Numbered from the stretch's first letter, positions 1 to 13,579 are shown. The stretch: 64,000 nucleotides of DNA from Leucoraja erinacea (GCF_028641065.1 NC_073396.1:10416001-10480000); one strand, 5' to 3'. Notes: generated by a model from the sequence alone, not told the origin. Numbers and translations are program-made.

Positions 1-132
1 TTTCTAATCCTTCTGCTCCTGGAAACATTTTGTCAACTCCATTCATGACGTTGAACGTCTGTTTTAAAAATCTCCCCTTAAACTTTGTCATAAGATCACA
101 CACCCCGTTATCCACATTCCTCCCCTCTTTGG

Positions 133-219
133 TTTAGTTTAGTTTAGTTTAGTTTAGTTTAGTTTAGTTTAGTTTAGTTTAGTTTAGTTTAGTTTAGTTT
201 AGTTTAGTTTAGTTTAGTT
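133..219. repeat. (TTTAG)n microsatellite, expanded (TAAAC)n retroposon tail
   Basis: About 17 perfect TTTAG units, followed by sequence resembling the reverse-complement LINE tail seen elsewhere in the window (e.g. 12578-12650). Confidence 0.9.
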
Positions 220-379
220 ATCACGTGTAAAGAGGTACAGTGAAAAACTTTTTTGTTGTGTGCTATCCAGTCAGTGAAAAGACTACACGTGATTACAATC
301 ACTTGTTTGATACCATTCTGGTGAATGTTCCCTTTGGCAATAAACTAGTGGAAAGTGAAAGATGTGTTGTGGATTTTCT

Positions 380-3194
380 TTTTTTTTTTTTTGTTTTTTT
401 TTTTTTGTTTTTTTTATTAGAAGTTAATACAGCACAAAACAGTACAGTGGCGCCTAATTTTAGGTGCCAACTATGTAATACCGTAATCCATTCTATGTAC
501 AACCTCTAGTTTTATGTTATAAGAAAAAAGTAAGCAGATCAAGAAAAAGAAAGCAATAGAAAGGGGAAAAAGTGGAAAAATAGATGGCAGAGAGTAGAAA
601 AACGTGAAGTGTGTATATAAAAAATAAAAAAAGGAAGAGAGAAAGAGGAGAGTAGCAATAGAAGAGAAGGCCCCTTAAAAGAGAATTTTTCAAATCTGTA
701 TTCGGAGATGTAGATCTATCCGCGTCATGAACTGAAATCGGCAATCCTTACGGCACCGCTGCATCACATGATTCCAAAAAGTCGATGAAAGGAGACCAAC
801 TCTTTAAGAATTGGTCATATTTATCTATTAGTCGGAGTCTCATTTCTTCAAGGCGTGCTATGTCCATCATATTCCTAATCCACATTTTAACAGTTGGTGT
901 GGTTGTACTTTTCCAAAATTTAAGTATCAATTTCTTTCCAATTATTAACCCATAATTAAAAAAAAACATTTTGATCTTTATTTAAATTGGTATCTTCTCC
1001 TATTATTCCAAATATAATCCATTCCGTTTTGGGTTCTATTCTTGACTTGAAAATCTTTGTAAATATATCAAATATATCACTCCAAAATTTATTCAACTTT
1101 GTACATCCAACAAATGAGTGTGTTATATTAGCGTTTTGAAACAAACATTTATCGCATCTGGGAGAGACGTTTGGATAAAATTTGTTCAACCTCGTTTTTG
1201 AATAATATAGTCTATGTAATAATTTGAATTGAATTAAATTGTGTCTTGCATTAATAGAACAGTTATGTGTGTTCATCAAATATTTTTTCCCATCTATCCT
1301 TCGAGATCTTTGTCATTAGCTCTTGTTCCCAATCTTCCCTTAATGCTTCTGTTGAGGGTGATTCTCTATTTAATATATTATTATAAAAGTATGATATTAA
1401 TTTTTGTGAATCAGCCTTAATATTCATTGCTTCTTCTAAAGGATCTAAAAATATAGTTTGAAATCTATGTGTATGTTTCTTCATAAAGTCACATACCTGT
1501 ATATATTTAAAATATTGATTATCCTTCAATTTAAATTTTAATTTTAATTGTTGAAATGATAACAGTTTGCCCACTTCATACATATCCCCTACTTTCCTAA
1601 TCCCCAGTCTATCCCATTGCTGATATGTGTTGTCGATGAGAGAAGGTTTGAATGCGGGGTTGTTCAGTAGTGGGGTTAGTACTGATAAATTATTTAATTT
1701 CAAGGATGCTTTTATTTGTTTCCAAATTCTTATTATATTGTGAATAATTGGGTTCTTCTTATATATTATACTATTCAATTTTATCGGTGAGAGCAGGATC
1801 GTTCCTATATCGTGCGGATAGCACTCCTCTTTCTCCATTCTTATCCACTCCAACTGCTGAGTGGAACTATCTAGCCAGTATATTATGTTCTTAATATGCA
1901 CTGCCCAGTAGTAATATATAAAGTTAGGTAATGATAAACCCCCCACTTCTTTAGATTTGCACAAATGCTTTCGTTGAATTCTATGTGTTCTGTAGTCCCA
2001 TATAAAATTAGTGATAGTGGAATCTAATTTTTTGAAAAAATATTTTGGAATATATATTGGAATTGCTTGAAACAAATATATTAATTGTGGTAGGAAAGTC
2101 ATTTTTATAGCGTTAATTCTGCCTATCAATGAGAGTGGAAGCGTTTTCCAAAATTTAATCGTATCATTCAGTTTATTTAATAGTGGTATAAAATTGGCAC
2201 TAAATAATGATTTTGTGTCTTCTCGTAATTTGAATACCCAGGTACTTAAATTTTTCTGTTGCAATTTTGAAGGGGAATTTTAGTAAGTGTCTCGAATCCT
2301 GTGGTTTTAAAGACATAATTTCGCTTTTATTCCAATTTATTCTGTATCCTGAAAAAGAGCCGAATTCCTCAATTAGTGTTAATAAGGTGGGTATACTCGT
2401 TTGTGTATTAGTAATATATAAAAGGATATCATCCGCGTATAATGAAATTTTATTCTTTGAGTCCTTGCTGTTATATCCGTGAATATTCGGGTGATTTCTA
2501 ATCCTTTCGGCCAACGGTTCTATCATAAGGGCAAATAGCAATGGTGATAAGGCACACCCTTGCCTATTACCCCTTGATAGGTAAAATTTTGGAGATAGTG
2601 TATTGTTAGTTAATATTCTTGCCGTAGGTCTGTCATAAAGTAGTTTAATCCATCTGATAAAATTCTCTCCCATATTAAATTTTTTGGAGTACCTTGTATA
2701 AATACTGCCATTCTACTTGATCAAATGCCTTCTCTGCATCCAACGTGACCACTGAGATATCTTCATTGTCCTTCTTATGAGAGTACATTATATTAAAAAG
2801 CCTTCTCAAATTATTAAATGATTGTCTTTTGGGTATAAATCCCGTTTGATCCGTATTTATTAAATTGTTAATATAATTATTTAGCCTTCTAGCTAGAATC
2901 TTTGCTAAAATTTTCTGATCCGTATTTAGAAGTGATATAGCTCTATAAGAACCAGGCTCTTCTAAATCTTTATCTTTTTTTGGTATAAGCGTTATTGTTG
3001 CTTCTGCTAGGGTTTCTGGTAGTTTATTTTCAGTATAAGCCTGCGTGTATAAATTAAATAATCTTGGTACAATAGACTCCTGAAATCTTTTATAAAATTC
3101 ATTACTAAAGCCATCTGGTCCTGGGGTCTTCCCATTTTTCAATGAGTTTATTATTTGTTTTATTTCTTCACTAGTAATCCGTGCTCCTAATTGC
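380..3194 (-). mobile_element. 5'-truncated L1-clade LINE (ORF2 RT + C-terminal zinc knuckle, 3'UTR, poly(A))
   Basis: ORF pieces 2675-3142 (KTPGPDGF, YRAISLLNTD, LDAEKAFD), 2200-2673 (QGCALSP, YADD, KYLGI), 1263-2264, 956-1279 (CDKC..H..C) and 748-969. Poly-T on + at ~380-416. TSD GTGGATTTTCT at 369-379 and 3195-3205. Confidence 0.95.
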
Positions 3195-3235
3195 GTGGAT
3201 TTTCTATATCGCAGATATCTTTGCTTTATATTCTA

Positions 3236-3571
3236 CTAGACCAAGTGCAGACCCGTTGGGTCTGCTCCCCCAATGGTGTGATCCCCCAACCCAATATTCC
3301 ACCATGCACCGTCTCCTCCAACGGAACTGAAGCCGTTCCCAAATGTAAGATTCCAGCACTCCCCTGCCTCCCTCAGCAGTGGATTAAAAAAAATTCCAAT
3401 TGCACCTCCCCTGCCTGCTGCAGCAGTGAAAAGTTCAGAGTGTTCCTGTCTTGCAACTTTGTTTCGAAGTGTATTGGAAGCTGATAGGAAGGAGCAGCCG
3501 TCAACGAATCAAAAGGCAGAAAGGCAGCCGGACGGCAGCCGGACGGATGGCACGAGAGTTTTATATATAGA
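3236..3571 (-). mobile_element. Non-autonomous Helitron
   Basis: Minus strand begins TCTATATATAAAA and ends CTAG|T. An 8-bp hairpin GCAGACCC-AAC-GGGTCTGC (3247-3265) lies 11 nt from the 3' end. No TSD. Confidence 0.75.
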
Positions 3572-3599
3572 CGAGAGTCTAATAACACAACTGAAAAAC

Positions 3600-4175
3600 G
3601 TTTCAAAGACGTTTCCTTAATTACGGCCTGATAATGGTAAAAAAAAAATCTAAATTTTGGAAAAATACTTCTACCCCAACTCTTTAAATGTAGATTACAA
3701 GCATGTCTGAGACGCTACATCTGAAGATATGAGACTCGTCTTAGCAGGAAAATCAGAGCAATTTTCAAAGATATGGTCTCCTTTCATTGATGCATTACAA
3801 GTGTAGTACGGTGCAACATAATTTTGGAAATAAACCGATTTACGGACAGGGTGATGAGTGTGGTGAGAAATGAAGCAGGTATAGCAACACGTTTTGGTCT
3901 TTTTTTTCCGTTTTTGTCTTCTTATTCTTTTTTAGGTTTTTACTTATTCACTCTTTGACTACACTATTTGGTAGTTTAGGGGTTTACACATTCACTATTT
4001 CTTTCACTTTCTCTCTTTCTTGCTCTTTCTCTTTTTTTCTATTTCCTCTTTGTCAAAATTAAAATGGAAGATGTACAATAAATGTATTTTGTCATATGCC
4101 GCGGTTTATACTACTGTACACTGCTTCTAATAAAAAATATAAATAAAACATAAAATTAAAAAAATTAAAAGTAAA
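3600..4175 (+). mobile_element. Decayed 3' end of a second L1-clade LINE
   Basis: Degenerate translation (..KFWKN..MRLV..QFSKIWSPFIDAL) parallels the C-terminus of the 380-3194 element. T-rich 3'UTR, AATAAA and A-rich tail. Confidence 0.75.
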
Positions 4176-4466
4176 AGAACACAACTGAAGGTCCTTTATG
4201 TTCCTTTAACAGCCTTCTCGACTTCCATGCCGTCTCCATAGGTATGTGCACGAACAGCCGTGTAACGTTTGTCCGGCACTTTCATTAATACTTTCCTTAT
4301 TTAACAATAACTTTCCTAATTTTCCCAATCAAACGCATAGTTTCATATTTCTCCATGTTAAATGTCATCTGCCATTGTACTGCCCATTCCTCTAGCCTGC
4401 CTTAGTGCTCCTGACTTTGTGTGCAGCTCTCCCCAGTTAACAAAAGGACTTGGTTCCTAAATAATA

Positions 4467-4792
4467 GTTTAATTTAGTTTGGTTTAGCTTAGTTTAGAGA
4501 TACAATGCAGAAACAGGCCCTTCGGCCAACCGAGTCCACACCGACCAGCAATCCCAGCACACCTACACACACTAGGGACAGTTTTACATTTATACCAAGC
4601 CAATTAACCTACAAACCTGTACGTCTTTGGAGTGTGGGAGGAAACCGGAGCACCCGGAGAAAACCCACGCAGGTCACAGGGAGAACGTACAAACTCCGTA
4701 CCAACCTCACCCATAGTCAGGATCGATCCCGGGTCCCTGGTGCTGTAAGCGCTGTAAGGCAGCAACTCTACCGCTGTGCCACCATGCCGCCC
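4467..4792 (-). mobile_element. HE1-type V-SINE (tRNA-derived head, V-domain, CR1-like tail)
   Basis: Head GGCGGCATGGTGGCACAGCGGTAGAG, B-box-like GGATCGATCC, core GGGTTTTCTCCGGGTGCTCCGGTTTCCTCCCAC, tail GGCCGAAGGGCCTGTTTC..(TAAAC)n. Confidence 0.9.
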
Positions 4793-5087
4793 ATGAGAAA
4801 ATTCATAGAGCAAGTAACCAAACAGTATAGCAAACCGCTATCTTTCACATAGGATATTAATTGTCAGGGGACTGTCAATATCCTCCCTGTAAGGATGCAG
4901 TTAATTAAAAGCAGCCTATGTTCATTTTGACAAGCTGAAGTGTACGAGCTGAAACCTAGCTCTTTTATCGAGTAGTATTGCTGCCTTTTTCTATTTGAAT
5001 TTTGTTTTAAAAATGAACTCCTTCCCAATACCCCAATCCAAAAGACAGTTACATGTTACTGAAGATAGACACAAAGTGCTGGAGTAA

Positions 5088-5255
5088 AGGGCCTGTCCCA
5101 CTTACGCGATTTTTGCGGTGACTGCCAGCACCCATCATAATTGCAGAAGGACGTCGAAAAATTTCAACATGTTGACAAAACAAGAGGTGACCAGAAAAAG
5201 GTACGGCTCTTTAGGCGACTGCTCATGACCATACAGGCATCACCCCGCGACATAT
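5088..5255 (+). mobile_element. Truncated PIF/Harbinger-like MITE inserted in a Penelope-pLTR palindrome
   Basis: Starts TAA|AGGGCCTGTCCCACTTA, sharing CCTGTCCCACTTA with the TIR of the 33550 MITE. Interrupts GCTGGAGTAA|CTC of the pLTR repeat. Confidence 0.55.
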
Positions 5256-5639
5256 ACAGAATGCTGAGACGTCACCTGCCCACCTGCCCAGAGATGCGTT
5301 GAGTTACTCCAGCACTTTCTGCCTATTTTTGATTTGCCTATTTCCTTGTTTCTAAAGTTGTTTTTTTTTATTGTTTCCATGTGTTCGTACGTGCTTCCTT
5401 TGTTTCTTTTTTTTTTAATGTTTTCATCTTTGATTGATTTCAGTAGTCCCTACATGTTTATGAAAATGTCTGAAGAAAGAATCATTTGCGATGTGGGTTA
5501 TCGGCTCATGCAGCTGCTCAAGTTTTAACCAGCTGCTTCGTGGCTGGGACTATTGTTCTGCCATCATTCACCCCTGAGCCTTCCAGCAAGTTGTTACAGG
5601 GACACGCGCTGAAGGTAGGATCTCCAGTTTAACTCTGAC

Positions 5640-6025
5640 CCGTCCATGTTCTGACCTCTCCACCATCGAAAGAATTAACCGGAGTCGCCGCCTTGAAAAG
5701 GCAGCCAGCATCATCAGAGACCCACACCACCCTGGCCACACGCTCATTTCTCCCCTGGCATCGGGAAGAAGGTACAGGAGCCTGAAAACTGTAACATCCA
5801 GGTTCAGGAACAGCTTCTTCCCTACAGCCATTCAGCTATTAAACAATACAACCTCAAATAAGCTCTGAACTACATAGACTATTATTGTTATTATTGCACT
5901 ATTATTGGGGGGTTTTTTGTGTGTACCTATGTGTGTGTGTGTGTACATATACATATGATCCATATATAAATATGTGTATTTGTGAGTGAACTTTTTTTTT
6001 CTCTCTTGTTTATTATGCATTTATT
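5640..6025 (+). mobile_element. Rex1/Babar-like LINE 3' fragment
   Basis: Translates as ASIIRDPHHPGHTLISPLASGRRYRSLKTVTSRFRNSFFPTAIQLLN, typical of the C-terminus of this LINE group. Confidence 0.75.
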
Positions 6026-6724
6026 ACACAGCTTCCTTCCTCAGGCAATAATACTGGTTAACGGACTGTGTCCCCTCCCCATATATCATACACCAACACA
6101 TCTAACCTCGCCCATACTTTGACAGCTTGGCACCTGTCAAAGCAAAGCCACTGTTCGGTCTGAATGTCTGTTTTTATTTCAATTTTTAGGCCTACTTTAG
6201 AAATGGTAATTTTAATTTTTAAACCTATATGTATTTATTCTGTTTTTATTAACTACACTGACGGGAACTGATTGAGAAACAATTTTTTCGTTTCATCTGT
6301 GTATGTAAGTACTCAGTTAAAATGACATTAAAGTAAATGCTGAATACTGAATATATTGTTAACAGTGTACTATGTTTACATATTCTGTTGTGCTGCTGCA
6401 AGTAAGAATTCCATTGTTCTATCTGGGTCATATGACAATAAAACACTCTTGACACTTATTTGACACTTCTCTTTTTATTTCAAGTACTTTCATGGATTAA
6501 GACTGGGAAAATGTTTTGAAACACAAGGTCAAGACTTTGTCTGTCCTCTAAAATATGAAGGAAGCTAGAATATAGGCCATGACATAGGAGCAGAATTGGG
6601 CCATGAGGCCCTTCAAGTCTGCTCTGCCATTCTATCATGGTTGGTCTATTTATCCTTCCAAACCCCATTCTCCTCTCTTCACCCCGTAACCCTTGACTCC
6701 CTTACTAATCGAGAACCTGTCAAT

Positions 6725-6920
6725 GTGTAGGAAGGAACTGCAGGCGCTGGTTTAAACTGAAGAGAGACACTAAATGCTGGAGTAACTCAGCAGGACAGGT
6801 AGCATCTCTGTAGAGAAGGAATGGGTGACGTTTCAGATCGAGACCCTTCTTTAATCAGTCTGAAGAAGGGTCTCAGGAATATCAGCCATTCCTTCTCTCC
6901 AGAGATGCTGGCGGTCCCGG
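6725..6920. repeat. Palindromic Penelope-pLTR-derived repeat
   Basis: GTAGGAAGGAACTGCAG..GCTGGAGTAACTCAGC..GTGACGTTTC..GAGACCCTTC followed by an inverted partial copy CTGAAGAAGGGTCTC..CCATTCCTTCTCTCCAGAGATGCTG. Confidence 0.75.
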
Positions 6921-7745
6921 TAAGAACCTATCAATGTTTGCTTTAAAAATATCCAAAGACTTGGCCTACACAGCCGTCTGTGGCAATGATTCCACAGATT
7001 CACCACCCTCTGGCTAAAGAAATGCCTCCACTACATCATCTCCATTCTAAAAGGATGTCCTTGTATTCTGAGGCTGTGCACACTACTTGAATCAGCCCCT
7101 CCACATCTACTCTATCTCGGCCTTTCATTACCCAGTAGGTTTCAATGAGATCCTTCTATCCCTCATCCTTCTAAAGTCCAACAAGTACAGGCCTGGAGCA
7201 TAAGTATATTTATTAATCATGTGCAGTTATGCTTTCACACAGGACTGTGTTTGAATGTTATATGAAGATCTTCAGAAATGTAATTCCATCTGAAACCGGA
7301 TCGTTAAATCTGAATAACGCAAGTATGTGGTGATGGAGTTGACCATGGTAGACTGGGAAACTAATTAAAGATCTGGCAAGAAGCAAACAATGGCCAACAT
7401 TTGGTGGGGATACATCACATTACATCGAAACGTCACCCATTCCTTTTCTCTGCCTGTCCCAGCTGAGTTTCTCCAGCATTTTGTGTCTCTCTTCGGTTTA
7501 AACCAACAATTGCAGTTCCTTCCCACACATTACATTTAACATGTTGGGCTGAAGGGCTTATTTCAGTACTGTATGATTCTACAGCCCTTTGAAGCAAAAT
7601 AATTCGCAAAGAAAGGTACTCCAGTCATCTCTATCAAGAGCAGCAAAGGGAAATATAAGATCAAGGAGAGAGAGTTACAAGGTACACAAAAAAGCTGGAG
7701 AAACTCAGCGGATGCAGCAGCATCTATGGAGCGAAGGAAATAGGC

Positions 7746-7773
7746 GACGTTTCGGGCCGAAACCCTTCTTCAG
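7746..7773 (-). ncRNA. Minimal hammerhead ribozyme core (pLTR subfamily B)
   Basis: Minus strand CTGAAGA-A-GGGTT-TC-GGCCC-GAAA-CG-TC. Catalytic core intact; the 5' strand of stem I is lost in this copy. Confidence 0.6.
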
Positions 7774-8304
7774 AGAGAGTTACAATGTTGTCACAAAAAC
7801 CAATAAGCCTGAGGATTCGGAAAATGTCAGTATTAAGCAGGGGAGGATCAAGAGGCTGATAAAGAAAGGGAATCTAGAATGAAAGTGCAATCTAGGAAGA
7901 AATAGGAAAACAGGCGGTGGGAAGCTTCACTAAGATGTAAAAAGGATAAGATTAGCAAAAGTTAATTTGGTTTCTTTATAGGCAGAGACAGGAGAAATAG
8001 AACTGGGAAATAAAGAAATATTATTTATTATTATTATTAACATTATACTTATGGGCGCCTTTCAAAGACTCTCAAGGATGCCTTACAAAATTTAATAAGC
8101 AGATCACAAAACATATAGGCAGAATAAAACAAAAAACAAAAAAAATAGTAGGAACATCAACAATACAAAATTCAAAGAGAGAGCAGAGTTTGTCACATAG
8201 AAAACCTCCCAGAAAATGTGGAAAGCTACAGCTCCAAACTCAAAGAAAATAGCATTATTATGCGGCATTCATATGTGACATAATATGTGGTATTAATATA
8301 AGGC

Positions 8305-8565
8305 AGGCGCTGTGGTAGAGTTGCTGCCTTACAGCGCCAGAGACCCGGGTTCAATCCTGACTACGGGTGCTGTTTGTACAGAGTTTATACACTCTCTCTG
8401 TGACCATGTAGGTTTTCCTCGTGTGCAGGTTTGTAGGTTAATTCGCTTCTGTAAATTGCGAATTGTTCCTAGCGTGTAGCACAGCGCTAATGTACGGGGT
8501 GATCGCTGGTCGGCGTAACCTCGGTGGGCCTGTTTCCGCGCTCTATCTCTAAAGTCTAAACTAAA
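8305..8565 (+). mobile_element. HE1-type V-SINE (internally deleted)
   Basis: GGTAGAGTTGCTGCCTTACAGCGCCAGAGACCCGGGTTCAATCC head; tail GGGCCTGTTTCCGCGCT..CTAAAGTCTAAAC. Confidence 0.85.
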
Positions 8566-9759
8566 AACGAATAAAAAAACAGAAGCTAAACGGCAGTCAA
8601 TGCTCAGGAGCTGATGAGCTGCATACAAAGGTTTGGAGGGGGGTGACCATGGAGACACCCAGTGTTTTAAATGATCACCTTCCAAGATTCCACTGATTCT
8701 ACGACAATTTCCACAGGTTAATGGTAGCAAAGGAAAGGAGAGAGAGAGAAAACAGTGAGCTATAAATTAGCCTCATATCAGCTCAAAGAAGTATAAGGAG
8801 GAATGTGCAAGGCTGATGCAGTAGAAGTAATGTATTTTGATTGCCAAAGACCTTTGACATGTATTAAATCAGCATCAGGTCAGGGGATCAATCAAAGAAT
8901 CAATAGTGGAACAAATATGGCATAAGAACTCAGAATGGAAATGAAGAATAGCTATGCAAACGGTTGAAAGATGGAAGGTCGCATTCTAAGGAATTCTGTG
9001 TTGTGACCAGCCATGTTTATAAATTACGTTAAAGGCTCAGACTTGTGAACGAGAAGTACAATTTCTAAACTTGTAAATAACCCAGTGTTATAATTGATAG
9101 AAAGGAAGTTTGTGGGAAAAATACAGCAAAAAATGTTCATAAACTTGCAAAATGGGTGTTTAATTAACAAATTAATTTCAGTAAAGATAATTGTGTACTG
9201 TATTTTGGCAGAAAGCATAAAACAGTCATTTACTGCTTGGCTAATCTGGCATGGAGCTAAATAATCTGCAACTACAGATCACAAATCAGAAAGCAGAAAA
9301 TCAGGCTAACAGTCATTAAAAAACAAAACAAAGGTTGGGTTTTATTTCTGGAAGGAATATCTAATAAGCAGGGAAGTCATGTTAATTTTTTAGAATATTG
9401 ATTAGGCGATGTTCATAGTTCTGGTCTCCGATTTATAGCGGAAACAGACGTACAGGCTTTTTAAAACATGCCGGAAGGATTCACAAGGTCAATATCAGAA
9501 CTGAAAGATCATGACTATCAGGAAAGATTACACAGGCTAATATTCTTTGAACAAGAAAGCGTAAAATATCGGAGGCCACATCATTAAATAGCAGCTAATA
9601 ATTCTGATGGATAATTAGATTAAAATCTTCTTTATTCAAAGAGTAAGGAATTTGTTGATGCAAGGAATAGAGAAGGGAAGTGACATTTAATGGAGGAACT
9701 GCAAGAGGTAAATGACAGAAAGAGGGAGAGAGAGAGACAGAGAGAGACCCTTAGCAGCA

Positions 9760-10430
9760 TTGGTGTACAGAGGGAACATGGGGTCTGATTCCATGTCACC
9801 CTGAAAGTGGCAACACCAGTAAATAGAGTGGTCACATAGGCATATGTTATGCTTTCCTTCATTGGCAGGGGGCATTGAGTATGAGCCAAGAAGTCACAAT
9901 GCCATTTTATGAGACTTTGGTCAGGCTGCATCTGGTTGCCCCATTACAGGAAGGGTTTGGGGGCATTGTAAAGGGAGCATAGGAGGTTTTCCAGAATTAT
10001 GTCTGGATTAGGAGGTATTAACTATCGGTTGAAGTTGGACAGACTAGGATTGTTTTCTCTTGAATGCCGGAGGACATGGTAGAATTATGAGTGGCAGGGA
10101 TAGGATAGGCAGTCAGTACCTTTTTCCCAGGATGGAAAAATCAAATACTTGAGGGCATAGCTTTACGGTGAGAGGGGCAAAGTTTAAAGGAGACGTGTGG
10201 GGTATGTTTTTTTACACAGTGGGTGGCAAGTACTTAGAACACTCTGCTGGGGTTGGTGGTGGAACTGATACGATAGTGGTATTTAAGAGACTTTTGGATA
10301 GGCACATGGGTATGCAGGGAACGGAGGGATATAGATTATATAGATTATATGCGGGCAGATAATGGTTGTTCTTGGCATCATGTTTAGCACAGACATTGTG
10401 GGTTGAAGTACCTGGTTCAGTGCTGTACTC
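9760..10430 (+). mobile_element. CR1/HER1-type LINE 3' fragment (decayed)
   Basis: Remnant RT C-terminal coding (FFYTVGG..IVVFKRLLDRHM) and CR1-type tail. Confidence 0.75.
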
Positions 10431-13400
10431 ATAAGGTCATAAATGATAGGAGTACAATTAGACCAGTCGGCCCATCAAGTCTACTCCGCCATTCAATCAT
10501 GTTCTATGTACTATGTTTTATGTAATCTTGTGTGTAAGTCAGAGTTTGGTGTGGAACTCAATGGGGGTTTAGTGAGGGGAAGCTTGTTTTAAGTTAAATG
10601 CCTTATTAACTTGTTGGGGCAACTGTTTTACAGACGGAGGATAGACACAAAATGCTGGAGTAACTCAGCAGGACAGGCAACATCTCTGGAGAGATAATGT
10701 TTCGGGTCAAGACCATTCCTTAGACTGACTGTTACAGACTGGATACAGACTGGATGAAACTCAATAATGACTGAAAATGTATTACGATGGTTTATTTATC
10801 TGAAATAATTATTTAAATCTCTGAATCATAAGTTCATAAGTTATAGGAACAAAATAAGGCCCAAAATATTCGGCCCATCAGGTCTACTCCACCATTCAAA
10901 CATGGTTGATCTATCTTTCCCTCTCAACACCATTCGCCCCATAGCCCCTGACACCCTGTCCCAATTAAAGGTTCAACAGCATCATTTTTTTCTTCTGGCT
11001 CATACATTTCACTACATCACACAGAGATAAATGTGTATCATTGACTTTCCTTTCCTAAGGTAACATGGTCATACATGGAACCATGTCCCCCGGTGAGAGG
11101 GAAGAACTATATTATCCCCAACAATGTATCTTTGGACAATCATTCCACATCACTGAATGGCTTCTGGCAGTTCAATTGAGCAGGGAGAAACCATTTATTT
11201 TTGTGCGAGTGTTTCTCTTAAGTTTAGTTTCATCTATTGACCTGGGACATTAATGTTTCTGCATCATTTTTGTTGATTTTCTTTCCCCAGAATTTCTTAT
11301 GAGAATGCTTCATTTTGATGTGGAAAATATTTACGTTTCCATTCGAAATGAGGAACCTGTCATTTAGCCCTTTTGAAGGGTCATTTTTCATTAAGTTCGT
11401 GTACGTGAGTTAACTGCATTGCATTGCCTCAATTCTCACCCGAACTCAATCAGCAATATATTGCTGTTAAATTCAACAATAAAAGCTTATTTTAGTGCTA
11501 CCTTATAACAAAACAGGGATGGAGGAATCTTAGCGTATCCATCATTTCACTCAGTAGATTAGATAAAATCAAAACTTCTGTTTATTCTGCTCAAAGAACG
11601 GTCGGAGATTTTCAATCATTTGCTCAATAACACCGACCTTAAACATTTGACCTCTACGGTCTTGTCGTTTTTTTACGCTCATCTGTGAATTCTTCACAGT
11701 GCTAAATTCGAACTGGAAAGGCAAAAGAATACCAGTGAGGGAACTTAAGGCTCACTTGATTCAGTAGCTGAGTTTAGTATATATAAAGAAACATATTAGC
11801 ACAGCTAACCTGGGCAATCCAGTGTTTCCATTCTCAGTAATTAGTAACATAAAACCAACAAGAATAAGTGATTTGATTGCGGCATCATTTGTAATATATA
11901 GGTTTTTCAACTGTAAACTGTGACAAATGTGATATTGTTTCATAAATCTTTATTTTGTGCTTTTATGTGAATGCGGTTTATTAGCTATCCAGTCTGCAAT
12001 CTGTGCCAGATCAATGGAGAAACAGCATCTGCTACAATGGGGAGAGGGTGACATAGATTGAAACAGCTATTTATTTGCTCAGACAGGTATACAAACCACA
12101 CACTCCTACACATTGTCTCATTATCGCAATGAAAAGGCAACGTCAATTCATCCATTCCTTAACCCTTTCTGAATCGATGATAAATTCCCTCGACGCAATT
12201 ACTTGTGTGAAAAATAAGAAATTTTGATGCCTTTTAGGTGCAGGAAACTCACCGTCCTAATAACTCCGGCTGATGAGGAAGTCAGTGAATTGTAACAGTA
12301 GCATATTGCTGAAACAGTTGCTATCAAACTTCCAGTCATGTCCATTACATTTAAATGTGCACTAAGGCTAAAAAGTAATCCAACTTCTGCTGTCAATTCT
12401 CTGCCAAAAACTTTAAACAGTGAAATGAGCTGCTGGAAATATAAATAGGAAGTGGTCAAACTGATTCCATGTGCCACCGCAGATGGTGCAATGGATAATC
12501 GGAAGGAACAAGTTAGGGGCAGATACAATAGTGGTGTTTAAGAGGCTTTCGGATAGGCACATGGAAGTGCAGGGGATAGTTTAGTTAAGTTGAGTTTATT
12601 GTCACATGCACCGAGGTAGCGTGAAAGGCTTTTGCTGCGTGCTAACCAGCCGGCCGAAAGACAATACATGATTGCGATCGAGCCAACCTCAGTATATAGA
12701 TGCATGATATGGGACTAATGTTTAGCTTAAGGCAAACTCCAATCAAAGATAGCCTGAGGGTTAATGTTGAGGTAGATAGTAGCTCAGAACTGCTCTCTGA
12801 TTACGATTGCATGGTTCAGCTGGGGAGAAACTGTCCCTGAATCTGGAGGTGTGCGTTTTTGCACTTCTATACCTTTTGCCTGATGGACTATGGGGCTAGA
12901 GGGATATGGATCATGTGCAGGCAGGTGAGATCAATTTGGCTTGGCATCATGTTCAGCATAAACATCGTGGGCCGAAGGGCCTGACCGGTGCTGTGTTGTT
13001 CTATGTTCCATCTTCTAAGTTGAAGATATGAACTGAAGCCATTTGGTTTGGGTATTTGAAGATTGGTAGCAGGCAGTAGAAATCTCTGCCACAGTGGTGC
13101 AGCGATAGAGCTGCTGCCTCACAATGCCAGTTCGATCCTGTCCGTTTGGAGTTTGCATGTTCTCCCTTTGACCGCGTGGGTTTCCACCGGGTGCTCCGGT
13201 TTCCTCCCACAGGATAAGATAAGCTTACAAGTTTTAAGATAAGCTTACACGTCGGAGTTAGGGAAGCCGATCACAAAATTTACATGCAGCCGTATAGAAA
13301 TCCATTTCGGCCTGACAGGTTTGTACAGTCTCCCAAATGGTTCATCTCCCTTGTTACTTCCCCTCGATTCTCCCCCTCATCCTGCCTGCCATGCTTCCTC

Positions 13401-13579
13401 TTTATGCTTTAATGGCATCAGCTACCATTTTCTGTTCAAGTAGGTCGTTCCAGATTATACCTAATTTTAGCGAAAAATAATGGACTCCCTTGGCCTTTTT
13501 CCCAATGATTTTAAATCAATGATCTCTTGTTATTGGCACATTTGATATAAGGAGCAATTTACTCTCTCTGTACTTACAT

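Noticed and set aside
133-219. Possible telomere-like or CRISPR-like array
   Set aside because: A simple 5-mer without spacers, not TTAGGG. Same motif as retroposon tails elsewhere.
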